Source: an uncultured Gemmatimonadales bacterium (GTDB lineage Bacteria > Gemmatimonadota > Gemmatimonadetes > Gemmatimonadales > GWC2-71-9). From it: DNA of 64,000 nucleotides. A model generated the notes under the pieces. The model was not told where the DNA came from, searched no databases, and saw only the letters and a list, made by a program, of their open reading frames with translations. The DNA lies in NCBI GenBank assembly GCA_963771275.1, contig CAVYSW010000009.1, positions 96,001 through 160,000 on the forward strand, read 5' to 3'. The translations under genes and the position numbers were made by a program. Below are positions 9,862-19,267 of this stretch, piece after piece. Within the stretch, counting starts at the first letter, position 1, and every line of letters begins with the position of its first letter.

Positions 9862-10932
9862 ATGACCGGTTCTGACAACGTCGCCGATCTGCGCCGGCGG
9901 CTCGGTGAGATCGACGCCGAGTTGCTGGCGCTCGCCGCGGAACGCATTCGCATCGGCCGCGCCGTGGGCGAGGCCAAGCTGCGTGACGGCCTGCCGACGG
10001 TGGACTACGCCCAGGAGCGGGTCGTGCTCGATCGCGCCCGGGCGGCGGCGCGGCAGGTCGGGCTCGCCGAGCCCGTGGCCGAGGATCTGCTGGCCGGGTT
10101 GATTCGCGCGTCCGTGACGGCGCAGGAGGCAGATCGGGTGCGGGGCGCCGCGGTGGGCACCGGGAAACGCGCGGTCGTGGTCGGCGGCGCCGGGCGGATG
10201 GGCGCCTGGTTCGCGGAGTTCCTCGCCGCCCTGGGCTACCGCACGGCGATCGTCGACCCCGCGGCATCGGCGCTCGAGAACGAGCGCGGGCGCTCGAGCC
10301 TCGCCGAGGCCGACCTCGTGCTGTGCGCCACGCCCCCGCGCGTGACCGCGGACCTGTATGACGCGTGGTGCAGCGCGCCGCCGCGCGGGGTGGTCTGCGA
10401 CATCGCGAGCATCAAGACGCCCATCGTAACGCCGATCGCGCGGCTCCGCGCGGCGGGCGCCGGGGTCGCCTCCATCCACCCGATGTTCGGGCCGGGCACG
10501 GTGCTGCTGCGCGATACCGACGTGGTCGTCTGCGACACCGGCGACGCGGAGGCGCGGGCCCTCGTGGAAGCGCTGTTCGCGCCCACGACCGCGCGCCTCG
10601 TGCGGCTGCCGCTCGCCGAGCACGACCGCGTCATGGCCGACCTCCTGGCCCTGGCGCACGCCACGGCCATCGGGTTCTCCCTGGCGCTCCCCGCGGACGA
10701 CCATCCGGTGCGGAGCACGACGTTCCAGGCGCTGGAGCGGATCGCGGCGGGTGTGGTGCGGGAGAGTCCGGCGGTCTACTACGAGATCCAGGCCGCCAAC
10801 CCGCACGCGGCGGCGGCGGTGGCCCGCCTGCGCGCCGCGCTCGACCGGCTGGCGGGCGCGGTGGCCGGCCAGGATGCCGCCGGCTTCGCCGCCCTCATGG
10901 CGGAAGGGACGCGCCGCACGCCCGGGGCGTGA
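9862..10932 (+). CDS. tyrA: Chorismate mutase / prephenate dehydrogenase fusion
   Basis: N-terminal AroQ (LRRRLGEIDAELLAL..ER), GGAGRMG, DIASIK, SIHPMFGP, EHDRVMA. Confidence 0.88.
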   Translation: MTGSDNVADLRRRLGEIDAELLALAAERIRIGRAVGEAKLRDGLPTVDYAQERVVLDRARAAARQVGLAEPVAEDLLAGLIRASVTAQEADRVRGAAVGTGKRAVVVGGAGRMGAWFAEFLAALGYRTAIVDPAASALENERGRSSLAEADLVLCATPPRVTADLYDAWCSAPPRGVVCDIASIKTPIVTPIARLRAAGAGVASIHPMFGPGTVLLRDTDVVVCDTGDAEARALVEALFAPTTARLVRLPLAEHDRVMADLLALAHATAIGFSLALPADDHPVRSTTFQALERIAAGVVRESPAVYYEIQAANPHAAAAVARLRAALDRLAGAVAGQDAAGFAALMAEGTRRTPGA

Positions 10933-10944
10933 CGATCGCGCGCC

Positions 10945-11859
10945 CTACCACTTCTTCCAGCGCCAGACGGTCCCCACGGCGAACGCCGAGATCAGAGCGA
11001 ACAGCATGATGATCCAGAATGCGTACGGATGGCGCTGGAGCGGGATCGTGACGTTCATCGAGAAGGCGCTCACCACCAGGGTCGGCAGCATGATCCCGAT
11101 CGTGATGATCGTGAGCGTCTTGATGAGCTGGTTCAGGTTGTTGCTCACGATCGACGCCCGCGCGTCCATCAGGCTGGAGAGAATGTTCGAGTAGATCTCC
11201 GCCTGGCGGTAGCACTGCTGGTTCTCGATCGCCAGGTCCTCGAGCAGCTCCTGCTGCTCCGGGGTGAAGCCGGTGCGCGGCGCGTTGTTCCGCAGCTTCT
11301 CGATCACCACCGCGTTGGCGTTGAGCGCGTTCAAGTAGTACACCAGGCTCTTCTCCAGGGTGAACAGGTTGAGCAGATGCTTGTTCTCCATGGAGCGGTT
11401 GATCTTCGCCTCCACCTGATCGGAGATCATCGTGATGGTGCGCAGGTGCCCGAGGAAGTGCGCGATCGTGGAGGACAGGACCCGCAGCAGCAGGTCCGCC
11501 GGTCCGGCGGCGGCCGCGAGCGGCTTCCCTTCGAACAGCGGGACCTCGTCGGACAGCACGACGACCAGGCGCTCCTTGAACAGGAACAGCCCGGTGGACA
11601 GGACCCTGAACACCAGGTCGTCCTCCGCGCGGTACGTCTTGGGGCGCTTGAACACGACCGCGAGGTGCTCGGGCTCGAATTCCAGGCGGGACACCTCGTC
11701 GGGATCGAGCGCCGAGTTCAGCGTGTGCTCGTCCACCCGCAGCGTTTCCACGAGGTAGCGCTTCTCGGCGGAGTCCGGGTTGAGGGCCACCAGGATCGGC
11801 GCGGACTCGGAGGACGAGGGAACGATCTTGCCCGCCTGAAGCTCAAGCGTCTGGAGCAT
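10945..11859 (-). CDS. corA: CorA-family Mg2+/divalent cation transporter
   Basis: ALDPDEVSRLE, EKSLVYY, NNLNQLIKTLT, SMN variant of the GMN signature, two C-terminal TM helices. Confidence 0.88.
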   Translation of the reverse strand: MLQTLELQAGKIVPSSSESAPILVALNPDSAEKRYLVETLRVDEHTLNSALDPDEVSRLEFEPEHLAVVFKRPKTYRAEDDLVFRVLSTGLFLFKERLVVVLSDEVPLFEGKPLAAAAGPADLLLRVLSSTIAHFLGHLRTITMISDQVEAKINRSMENKHLLNLFTLEKSLVYYLNALNANAVVIEKLRNNAPRTGFTPEQQELLEDLAIENQQCYRQAEIYSNILSSLMDARASIVSNNLNQLIKTLTIITIGIMLPTLVVSAFSMNVTIPLQRHPYAFWIIMLFALISAFAVGTVWRWKKW

Positions 11860-11912
11860 CGGTGACTCCTGCGGTTCGGGTCGTGCGGCGCTCGACGGCG
11901 CCACGCCCCGCA

Positions 11913-12445
11913 CTAGTGCTCCTGGTGCGCCCCGGCGTCCGGTGCGGGCGTCATCTGGTGCTGTTCCCCATGCGCCGGCATCCGGTGCGATCCCACGATC
12001 CCCTGCCGCATGGCGACGGACCACAGGCCCGCGGCGAGCACGGCGGCCGCCATCAGCCGGCGGAACCGGATGTCCCGCGCCACGACGCGTCGCACGCCGA
12101 GGGCCACCGCGGAGAGGGCCGGCAGGGTCCCCGCCCCGAACGCGAGCATCGCGAGCGCGCCTTCCGCCGGCCGCCCGAGCGCCACCGGCACGCTCAGCGC
12201 CGCGTAGACCAGCCCGCACGGCAGCAGCCCGTTCACCACGCCGAACGCGTAGCGCATCGCGCCGGCCGGGTTGCCCGCGACGGCGCTCCCCAGCTGCTTC
12301 AGCCCGGGGATGACCACCCGGGGCTCCGGCACAGGCCCGCCAGGCCCGCCGCAAACCACACCATGAGACCGATCGAGACGAGCGCCGCGAGCCAGGAGGG
12401 TCCGGGCACGAGCGAGCCGGACGCGCCCGCCAGGCCGCGGGACGG
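11913..12445 (-). pseudogene. Truncated, frameshifted DsbD_2/TauE-SafE (UreH-like) membrane protein
   Basis: C-terminal half has NGLLPCGLVY and MLAFGAGTLP; the upstream TM segment (LAGASGSLVPGPSWLAALVSIGLMVWFAAGLAGL) is in another frame, with an apparent 1-nt loss near 12331; the N-terminal HCxxMCG part is absent. Confidence 0.7.
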
Positions 12446-12459
12446 CTCAGCCCGCCACG

Positions 12460-13575
12460 TCAGAGCGGCTTCTGATACACCCGGTACTTCTTGACCAGCT
12501 TCGCCCCCCACCGCTCCATCTCGGCCCGAACGAGCGTGTTGCTCTCGAGCTCGTGGTGGGTATCGAACACGGTGAATCCGGCCGCGTGCGCCGAGCGCAG
12601 CATCTCGCGGCCCATCAGCATGTCCACACCCCGTCCCCGGTGTTCTTCCTTGATACCGCCGAGCAGCAGGTCGAGCTGCTTGGCGCGCTTGCCGGCCCGG
12701 AGCACGTGGATGAAGCCGAACGGGAACAGGCGGCCGCGTGCCTTGACGATCCCCTCGTAGAGGTTGGGAATGCCGATCATGAACCCGACGACTTCGCTGT
12801 CCTTCTCCACCACCTTGACGAACCGCACGTCGAGCAGCGGCACGAACTTGTCCGCCAGGGCCCGCATCTCCTCGTCGTCGAGCGGCGAATAGCCGTACAC
12901 GCCGACGAACGTGGCGTTCATCAGACCGAGGACCGGCAGGATGTAGCGCCGCGCCTCCCGCTTGTTCTTGAGCCCCACCTCGCGAAAGCCGCGGCGCTCG
13001 ACGCGCTCCGCCACCTTGCCCATCAGCGGCGGGACCTCCGCCATCACCGGGACGTGGTAGACGAAGTAGTCCACCTCCTTCGTGTACCCTTCCACCTCGA
13101 GGAACCGCGGCACGAACGGGAAGTTGTAGTAGGTCACGATCGTGGGCGGGTGCTCGAACCCTTCGATCTGAAACCCCTCGGGATCCTGGTCGTTGAAGCC
13201 GAGCGGCCCCACGCTCTTGGTCATCCCCTGGGTACGCCCCCACTCTTCGACGTAGCCGAGCAGCGCGTGGAACACCTCGGGATCCTCGCCGGACTCGAGG
13301 CACGAGAAGCGCACGTTCCGCTCGTTCATCTTCTCGTTGTGGCGGCGGTTGATGATCCCCATCACGCGGCCGACCGGCGCGCCGTCCCGCCAGGCGAGCG
13401 CCATCGTGGCATCGCAGTACCGGAACGCGAGGTTCTTCTTCGGGTTGAACCACTGGCGCTCGTCCCAGTAGATCGGCGGCATCCAGAGCGGGTGGTCGCG
13501 GTGGAGCACCTCGGGCAGATACATGAATCGCCGCAGATCGCTACGCGACACAACAGGCACGATTCGGACGGTCAT
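12460..13575 (-). CDS. GNAT-fold acyltransferase of YghO / bacterial ceramide synthase (bCerS)-like type
   Basis: FMYLP..DHPLWMPP, GRVMGIIN, GPLGF, EGFEHPP..YYNFP, GYTKEVD, GRLFPFGF, acetyl-CoA loop EHRGRGV; ATG 13575. Confidence 0.7.
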   Translation of the reverse strand: MTVRIVPVVSRSDLRRFMYLPEVLHRDHPLWMPPIYWDERQWFNPKKNLAFRYCDATMALAWRDGAPVGRVMGIINRRHNEKMNERNVRFSCLESGEDPEVFHALLGYVEEWGRTQGMTKSVGPLGFNDQDPEGFQIEGFEHPPTIVTYYNFPFVPRFLEVEGYTKEVDYFVYHVPVMAEVPPLMGKVAERVERRGFREVGLKNKREARRYILPVLGLMNATFVGVYGYSPLDDEEMRALADKFVPLLDVRFVKVVEKDSEVVGFMIGIPNLYEGIVKARGRLFPFGFIHVLRAGKRAKQLDLLLGGIKEEHRGRGVDMLMGREMLRSAHAAGFTVFDTHHELESNTLVRAEMERWGAKLVKKYRVYQKPL

Positions 13576-13736
13576 CCTTGCACCCGCGGGTCTCGAGGTT
13601 ACCGGGCTGTCGGGCTGCGGTACGCGCCTCGGGACAAAACCTACCACTGGAATGGGAGCCTGCAAGGCTGTTCCCGGAAGGAGGCCTCCGCAGCCGCCGA
13701 GCCCGGCCGCAGCCGGGCTCGGCGGCTGCCTCGGGG

Positions 13737-14810
13737 TCAGAACAGCAGGTGGGCCTCCAGGCTCCAGCGGTCGAGATCCGTGGTCGCCTGGGGAATGTCG
13801 GCCAGCAGCGTGTAGAACCCCGCGAGCCGCACGAAGGCCACCGGGAAGAACTCGAGCCCGAACCGCGCGCGGACCTTCTGATCTTCGGGGACGTCGAGGT
13901 TCTTGTCGAGGTACCCGTAGGTGACCTTCGCGTTGAGCCCGCGCCGCACCAGCCAGTCCGCCTCCGCGTAGGCGGCGAGCTGCCGCACGGTATCGCCCTG
14001 CACCGGCGTGTCCCGCACCCAGTCGACCTCGCCCAGCAGCGCCAGCGGGCCCAGCGCGACCCCGCCAAACGAGCCCACCGCGTCGCGCCGGCTGCTTGCC
14101 GTGCTGTTGCGCGACGCCGACGCGCCCAGACGCCAGCGCCGGAAGATCACCGCGGCGCTGGACGTGATCTGCTTGCCGTTGTCGCTCTCGGCCGCGCCCA
14201 CCGAGCCGTTGGTGAGCGCGACGGACACGGTCAGGGGGCCCGGCTCGAAGCCCACCTCCACCCCCTGGTCCGGCGTGTAGTAGGTGAACCCCGTGCGCTC
14301 CCGCACGAACTCGGCGTTGTCCGGGAGGCGGAGCCCGTAGGGGAGCAGGAACTTGCCCGCCTTGGCGTAGCCGTTCCCCGGGAGCCGGCGCACCATGCCG
14401 AACGCCTCGCGCGCGACCGCGCGGTCCGGCCCGACGGTCTGATCGATGTACAGCGTGAGGCGGTCTTCGAGCAGGCGCGCCGCCACGTAGAGCTGCGCCT
14501 CCTCGAGCTCGAGCGCGGTCTGCGGCGTCGCGGCCTTGAACGTCCCGGACCCGTCGAGCCGCAGGTCCCACCCGATGCTGAGAAAGTCGCTCAGCGTCTT
14601 CCGAACGATCGCCCCGGCCGGCCGCATCGGCAGCTGCGTCTGGGCGAAGATCGCGCCGTAGTCGGTGCGGTTACCGCCGCCCGTGACGTTGGTGTGGCAC
14701 TGGGAGCACTTGAGGCCGGTCCGCACCGACAGGTACGGCTCGGCGACCGCTGGCGTGACGATCGTGACGAAGGCGACCGCGCCCAGCACCACTCCGACGG
14801 GGAATCGCAT
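13737..14810 (-). CDS. Putative outer-membrane beta-barrel protein with an N-terminal CxxCH heme-binding motif
   Basis: Signal peptide (AVA-EPY), CSQCH followed by GGGNRTDYG, alternating beta-strand pattern, C-terminal Phe (EAHLLF). Confidence 0.7.
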   Translation of the reverse strand: MRFPVGVVLGAVAFVTIVTPAVAEPYLSVRTGLKCSQCHTNVTGGGNRTDYGAIFAQTQLPMRPAGAIVRKTLSDFLSIGWDLRLDGSGTFKAATPQTALELEEAQLYVAARLLEDRLTLYIDQTVGPDRAVAREAFGMVRRLPGNGYAKAGKFLLPYGLRLPDNAEFVRERTGFTYYTPDQGVEVGFEPGPLTVSVALTNGSVGAAESDNGKQITSSAAVIFRRWRLGASASRNSTASSRRDAVGSFGGVALGPLALLGEVDWVRDTPVQGDTVRQLAAYAEADWLVRRGLNAKVTYGYLDKNLDVPEDQKVRARFGLEFFPVAFVRLAGFYTLLADIPQATTDLDRWSLEAHLLF

Positions 14811-14821
14811 GTGAGCCTCGC

Positions 14822-15268
14822 TCAGTTGTTGGGGGCGCCAGCCGCGATCCAGGCGCGAATCGTGGCGATCTCCGCGTCGCTGAGCGGGGGAGCCCCCAGC
14901 GGCATCCGGCCCCCGGAGCCGCCCAGCTCGCCGGGCGTGCCCTCGATCTTGTGCACCAGGTAGCTCGAGTCGGGCAGCGACGGACGCACTCGGAAGAAGC
15001 CGGGCGCTTCCTGGGCGGGCACGTTCACGATGCTGGCGTACGCGAGCCCGGCGCTCAGATTCTGGCCGAGCACCGGGGCACTCCCCGCATGACAGCCGGA
15101 GAGCGCGCAGTTCGCCGTGAAGATCGGCTGGACGTCCCGGGCGAGCGAGATCGAATCGGGCGGGCCGCCCGACCCGATCGGATTGCCATCCGGGTCCAGC
15201 CCCGTCCCATCACCGACACAGGCCACCACCCCACTCGCCACCAGCAGCACGCACACCGTTCGTCGCAC
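14822..15268 (-). CDS. Lipoprotein with a cytochrome c-like domain (atypical CxxxxCH)
   Basis: Lipobox VVAC; DVQPIFTANCALSGCH, SYLVHKI, RMP, IRAWIAAGA resemble planctomycete-type cytochrome c domains; GTG start inferred. Confidence 0.7.
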   Translation of the reverse strand: MRRTVCVLLVASGVVACVGDGTGLDPDGNPIGSGGPPDSISLARDVQPIFTANCALSGCHAGSAPVLGQNLSAGLAYASIVNVPAQEAPGFFRVRPSLPDSSYLVHKIEGTPGELGGSGGRMPLGAPPLSDAEIATIRAWIAAGAPNN

Positions 15269-15475
15269 GCCACCCTCCCCGGCCGGTTCGGCCGACACCC
15301 GGACACCTGCGTTCCCGGGGTAACAGCAGTCCCGCCTCCCGGGTTCCCGGACGCCGTTCCCGCCATCCCGCCACGGCCTGGGGAGCAGACCCGGGAACCT
15401 CCCAGGCGGGTCCCGTGTTCTCGCCTCTGTGTATATGGGAGTCTGTTTGTCTGGATTTCACCTGAGGGAGGGCTC

Positions 15476-16765
15476 ATGGCACTGTCGCGTCATGCCGGAC
15501 TCAGCATCCTCGCCCCTGTGGTCATGCTCGGGATCGTCACCCAAGGCTGTGGCGATGGCGGCACGGGACCGGATACCACCCCCGCCGCGGTCGTGATCGT
15601 GAGCGGCAACAACCAGACCGCCCAGGTGGGGACGGCGCTGGGGAGCCCCCTGGTGGTCCGCGTGACGAACGCCGCGGGCGGCGCGTTGAGCGGGATCACC
15701 GTCACCTGGTCTGTCCTGGCGGGCGGTGGAACGCTGGGGAGCGCCTCCAGCACGACCGACGCGCAGGGTCAAGCCCAGGTGACCTACACCGTCGGCGCGA
15801 CCGCCGTTGCCAATCAGGTGCGGGGCACCGTCCAAGGTGCCGCGAGTCTGACGGCGACGTTCGGGGCCACCGCCTCGGCGGTGATCGACAACACCCCGGC
15901 GGTCATCACGGTGGTGAGCGGTGACAATCAGTCGGCCTTTGCGGGCGAGCCGCTGGGCAGCCAGCTCGTGGTCAGGGTGGCGAACGCCGCGAACCAGGTG
16001 CTCCAGAACGTCACGGTGAGCTGGACCGTCGTGCAGGGCGGCGGCGCGCTCGGCTCCGCCACGAGCACGACGAACGCGCAGGGCCAGGCCACCAACAGCT
16101 ACACGGTCGGCGCCTCCGTGGGGGCGAACCAGGTGCAGGCCGCGGTCCAGGCCAACACCAGCATCAACACGACGTTCAACGCCACGGCGCAGGACGCCAC
16201 TCCGGCGGTGATGTCGATCGTGAGCGGCAACAATCAGTCGGCCACGGTGGGCAACGCGCTGCCGAACCCGCTGGTGGTCCGCGTGGCGAACGCCGCGAAT
16301 CAGGCGATCCCAAACGTCGTCGTGAGCTGGACCGTGACGCAGGGTGGCGGCACCCTGGGCTCGGCCACGAGCACGACCAACGCCCAGGGGCAGGCCAGCA
16401 ACACGTACACCGCCGGAGCGGCGGCGGGCGCGAACGAGGTGCGCGCGGAGCTGCAGGCGAACGCGGCGATCAACACACTGTTCGCCGCCACGGCCAACGC
16501 CGTCGCGACCACCGCGAGCGTCGACGTCACGAACTTCCAGTTCACGCCGCCCAGCGCCACGGTCGCGGCGGGTGGCACGGTGACGTGGAACTTCAACCTG
16601 GGCACGCACAACGTCACCTGGGTTTCCGGCGGGTTCACCAACTCGGGCGACAAGTCGTCGGGCACGCATCAGGTCACGTTCCCGAGCGCCGGGACCTTCC
16701 AGTACTACTGCTCGATCCACGGTACGCCGACGACCGGGATGCGGGGCAGCGTGACCGTGCAATGA
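15476..16765 (+). CDS. Lipoprotein with three bacterial Ig-like (Big_1) repeats and a C-terminal cupredoxin domain
   Basis: GAGGGAGG RBS; lipobox TQGC; three ~100 aa repeats (SGNNQ..VG..L..PLVVRV...TT[DN]AQGQA); type-1 Cu ligands HNV and YYCSIH..GM. Confidence 0.85.
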   Translation: MALSRHAGLSILAPVVMLGIVTQGCGDGGTGPDTTPAAVVIVSGNNQTAQVGTALGSPLVVRVTNAAGGALSGITVTWSVLAGGGTLGSASSTTDAQGQAQVTYTVGATAVANQVRGTVQGAASLTATFGATASAVIDNTPAVITVVSGDNQSAFAGEPLGSQLVVRVANAANQVLQNVTVSWTVVQGGGALGSATSTTNAQGQATNSYTVGASVGANQVQAAVQANTSINTTFNATAQDATPAVMSIVSGNNQSATVGNALPNPLVVRVANAANQAIPNVVVSWTVTQGGGTLGSATSTTNAQGQASNTYTAGAAAGANEVRAELQANAAINTLFAATANAVATTASVDVTNFQFTPPSATVAAGGTVTWNFNLGTHNVTWVSGGFTNSGDKSSGTHQVTFPSAGTFQYYCSIHGTPTTGMRGSVTVQ

Positions 16766-16802
16766 CGCGGGGAATCACACACTCGAACCTTCAACCGGAG
16801 CG

Positions 16803-17141
16803 ATGTTCATGACGCGCCTACTCGCCTGCACCTTGGCTGCGCTCGCCCTCACGGTCGGCTGCAGCAGCAGCACCGGCCCGAACGGGACGGGCGTTACGGT
16901 GCAGGACAACTCGTTCAACCCGTCGAGCAACACCATCACCGCCGGCGAGACGGTCACGTGGACCTGGGCTGGCAGCGCCGCGCACAACGTCACGTGGGAT
17001 AGCGGCTCACCGGCGGCGTCGGCGACCCAGTCGAGCGGCACCTACCAGCGCACGTTCAGCCAGGCGGGCACGTTCAGCTATCACTGCTCGATCCACGGCA
17101 GCCCGGGCTCGGGTATGCACGGCACGGTGACGGTGCAGTAG
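16803..17141 (+). CDS. Small plastocyanin-like cupredoxin lipoprotein
   Basis: Lipobox TVGC; FNP, HNVTW, YHCSIHGSPGSGMHG; start may be 16809. Confidence 0.88.
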   Translation: MFMTRLLACTLAALALTVGCSSSTGPNGTGVTVQDNSFNPSSNTITAGETVTWTWAGSAAHNVTWDSGSPAASATQSSGTYQRTFSQAGTFSYHCSIHGSPGSGMHGTVTVQ

Positions 17142-17210
17142 ACCGTTGAGACCTGCGGGCGGTGCTCCACCTGTCGGAGCACCGCCCGGCCTGCCTTCCG
17201 CCTCGTGGAA

Positions 17211-17549
17211 TCACCCCACGGCGTCACGGCCTGCAAGGCGTGCTCCGCCCGCCATCACGAGCCAGGTGCCGGCCGCGTAGACCAGGAGATCGAATCGCGC
17301 CTCCCGATGCACCGCATGCGCGACGAGCGCGACGGCGAGCGTCAGGAGCAACAACAGGCCACCCGGCCGCACCGTCCCAGGAAAGAGAAACAGCGCGGCA
17401 CCGATCGCCTCGACGGCCGCCAGGGCGGCGAGTGGCAGATCGGCGCCGCCGATGGCGTGCAGCGCGGTGTGGGCGCTCCCGACCAGCAGGGTGATCCCCA
17501 GCGTCAGGTGGAACGCGATGAAGGAACGTCGGAGCGCCGTGGTTGGCAT
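17211..17549 (-). CDS. Small 4-TM membrane protein (DoxX-like)
   Basis: Hydrophobic; LAAVEAIGAALFLFP motif; GAGGA RBS before ATG 17549. Confidence 0.6.
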   Translation of the reverse strand: MPTTALRRSFIAFHLTLGITLLVGSAHTALHAIGGADLPLAALAAVEAIGAALFLFPGTVRPGGLLLLLTLAVALVAHAVHREARFDLLVYAAGTWLVMAGGARLAGRDAVG

Positions 17550-17581
17550 GTGTTCCTCGGCGCGCGCTGGGTGTGGGGCGG

Positions 17582-18655
17582 TCACTCGATCCGGGCGGGA
17601 TCGAGCACCACGTGGCGGATCCGCTCGCGGTTCCAGGTGAACGTCACGTGCACCAGGCCGTCGCGCGTCTGGATCATCGCCGGATAGGAATACTCCCCCG
17701 CCGAGTCCGCCAGCACGGCGGCGTCACGCCACACGGTTCCATCGCGCGAGCGCGCGATCGCGAGCTTCTGGCGATCGCGGCTGGTCGGATTGTATGCCAG
17801 GAGGAATCGGCCATCGGCGAGCCGCGTGGCGTCGATCCCCGCGCTCGGGTTCGGCAGCCCGGTCGCGGTCATCCGGCTCCAGGTGCGGCCGCCGTCCCGG
17901 GACCATGCCTCGGTGATGACGCCCTGCCGGCTGCGACACAGGATCTGGAGCCGCGTCGGCGAGTGCACCAGGATCGTCGGCTGAATCGCCGCGAACGCCG
18001 TCGGGTCGTTGAGCGGGCCAATCGTCCGCCAGGCGTCCGGTGACGCGAGCGCGATGCTCCAGTCGGCGCGTCCCAGCGCGCTGTCGCCCGGGCCCCGGAA
18101 CCGCTCGAGGTGCACCACCCAGCCGGCATCCTCCGTGCTCGACCCCGCGAGCACGTTGCCGTCCGGCAGCTCGACCGGCTTGGCGCGGATCGGGCCGAGC
18201 ATCCCGCGCGGGAGCCTGACCGCGTCCGACCAAGTGCGGCCGTTATCCCGCGACGTGCGCACGAGGCCCCACCACGCCGCGGGACTGGGACCGACCTTGT
18301 AGAACAGCAGCAGCGGGCCGTGCGACGGCTGGAACAGCACGGGGTTCCAGCACGGGTACCGCGTGCCGTCGGGCTGCGCACCGCTCGCCACCTCGACCGG
18401 TGCCGACCACCGGTCGCCATCCTGCCGCGACAGCCAGATGCCGACGTCGGGGTTTCCCTCCTCGGTCCCGCCGAACCACGCGGCCACCAGACCGTCGCGC
18501 GTCTCGACGATGGTCGATGCGTGCGCCGAGGGAAACGGCGCGCGCGCGTAGACGAATTCGGACTTCACGACGGCACCCGTGGACTGCTGCGCCGCGGCGG
18601 GGGACCCCACCGTCATCGCGGCAAGCGCGCCGAGGATCGGTGTTCGCGCCGCCAT
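17582..18655 (-). CDS. Sialidase/BNR_2 (Asp-box) family secreted protein
   Basis: HASTIVE, AAWFGG.EG..DV, WNPVLF, Asp boxes SRDNGRTW, SRDGGRTW, SRDGTVW; YSYP. Confidence 0.85.
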   Translation of the reverse strand: MAARTPILGALAAMTVGSPAAAQQSTGAVVKSEFVYARAPFPSAHASTIVETRDGLVAAWFGGTEEGNPDVGIWLSRQDGDRWSAPVEVASGAQPDGTRYPCWNPVLFQPSHGPLLLFYKVGPSPAAWWGLVRTSRDNGRTWSDAVRLPRGMLGPIRAKPVELPDGNVLAGSSTEDAGWVVHLERFRGPGDSALGRADWSIALASPDAWRTIGPLNDPTAFAAIQPTILVHSPTRLQILCRSRQGVITEAWSRDGGRTWSRMTATGLPNPSAGIDATRLADGRFLLAYNPTSRDRQKLAIARSRDGTVWRDAAVLADSAGEYSYPAMIQTRDGLVHVTFTWNRERIRHVVLDPARIE

Positions 18656-18671
18656 GCCCCTCCCTGCGGAC

Positions 18672-19208
18672 CTACGCGGCGTTCGGCGCAACCCCGCGCC
18701 GGACCGCGTACCTGAGCAGCGTGATCCCGCTGGGGAAGGTCTCCGTCTTCGTGAGCTCGAGCCGCGTGGCGGCGTCCCCGCCCGGGAGCAGCGGAACCCC
18801 CTGCCCCAGCAGCACGGGCACGACTCCCACCTCGACCGTGTCGACGAGACCGGCCTCGAGCAGGCTCCTGAACAGCACGCCGCCGCCCATGAGCCAGATG
18901 TCTTTCCCCTGCTCGGCACGCAGCGCCGCCACGATGGACGCCGCACCCTCGGTCACGATCGTCACGCCCGGATGATCGTCGGCCCGCAGCGTGCGGGAGA
19001 AGACGTACGTGCGCATGCCCGGCATGCCGGCGCCGCCCTGTTGCAGCACCACCTCGAAGGTCCGCCGGCCCATGAGCACGGTGTCGATCGTCTTGAAGAA
19101 CGCGGCGAAGTCGATGGCCGGATCCATCACGATCCAGTCGTATTCGCCATGCGGGCCCGCGATGTACCCATCGAGGCTCGCGGCCACGGAATAGCGGACT
19201 TTGCGCAT
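18672..19208 (-). CDS. Dihydrofolate reductase-like / RibD C-terminal domain protein
   Basis: SLDGYIA, MGRRTF, DIWLMGGG, PVLLGQG.PL. Confidence 0.88.
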   Translation of the reverse strand: MRKVRYSVAASLDGYIAGPHGEYDWIVMDPAIDFAAFFKTIDTVLMGRRTFEVVLQQGGAGMPGMRTYVFSRTLRADDHPGVTIVTEGAASIVAALRAEQGKDIWLMGGGVLFRSLLEAGLVDTVEVGVVPVLLGQGVPLLPGGDAATRLELTKTETFPSGITLLRYAVRRGVAPNAA

Positions 19209-19267
19209 CGGGGACCTCCGCGGGCTGGGCGGCTGGTGATGCTGCGCGGGTATGGGCGCGCCGGGGG

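Noticed and set aside
15300..15420. Imperfect inverted repeat (cccgcct..ggttcccgg / ccgggaacc..aggcggg) in the divergent promoter region
   Set aside because: Imperfect GC-rich pairing can arise by chance here; no second copy found
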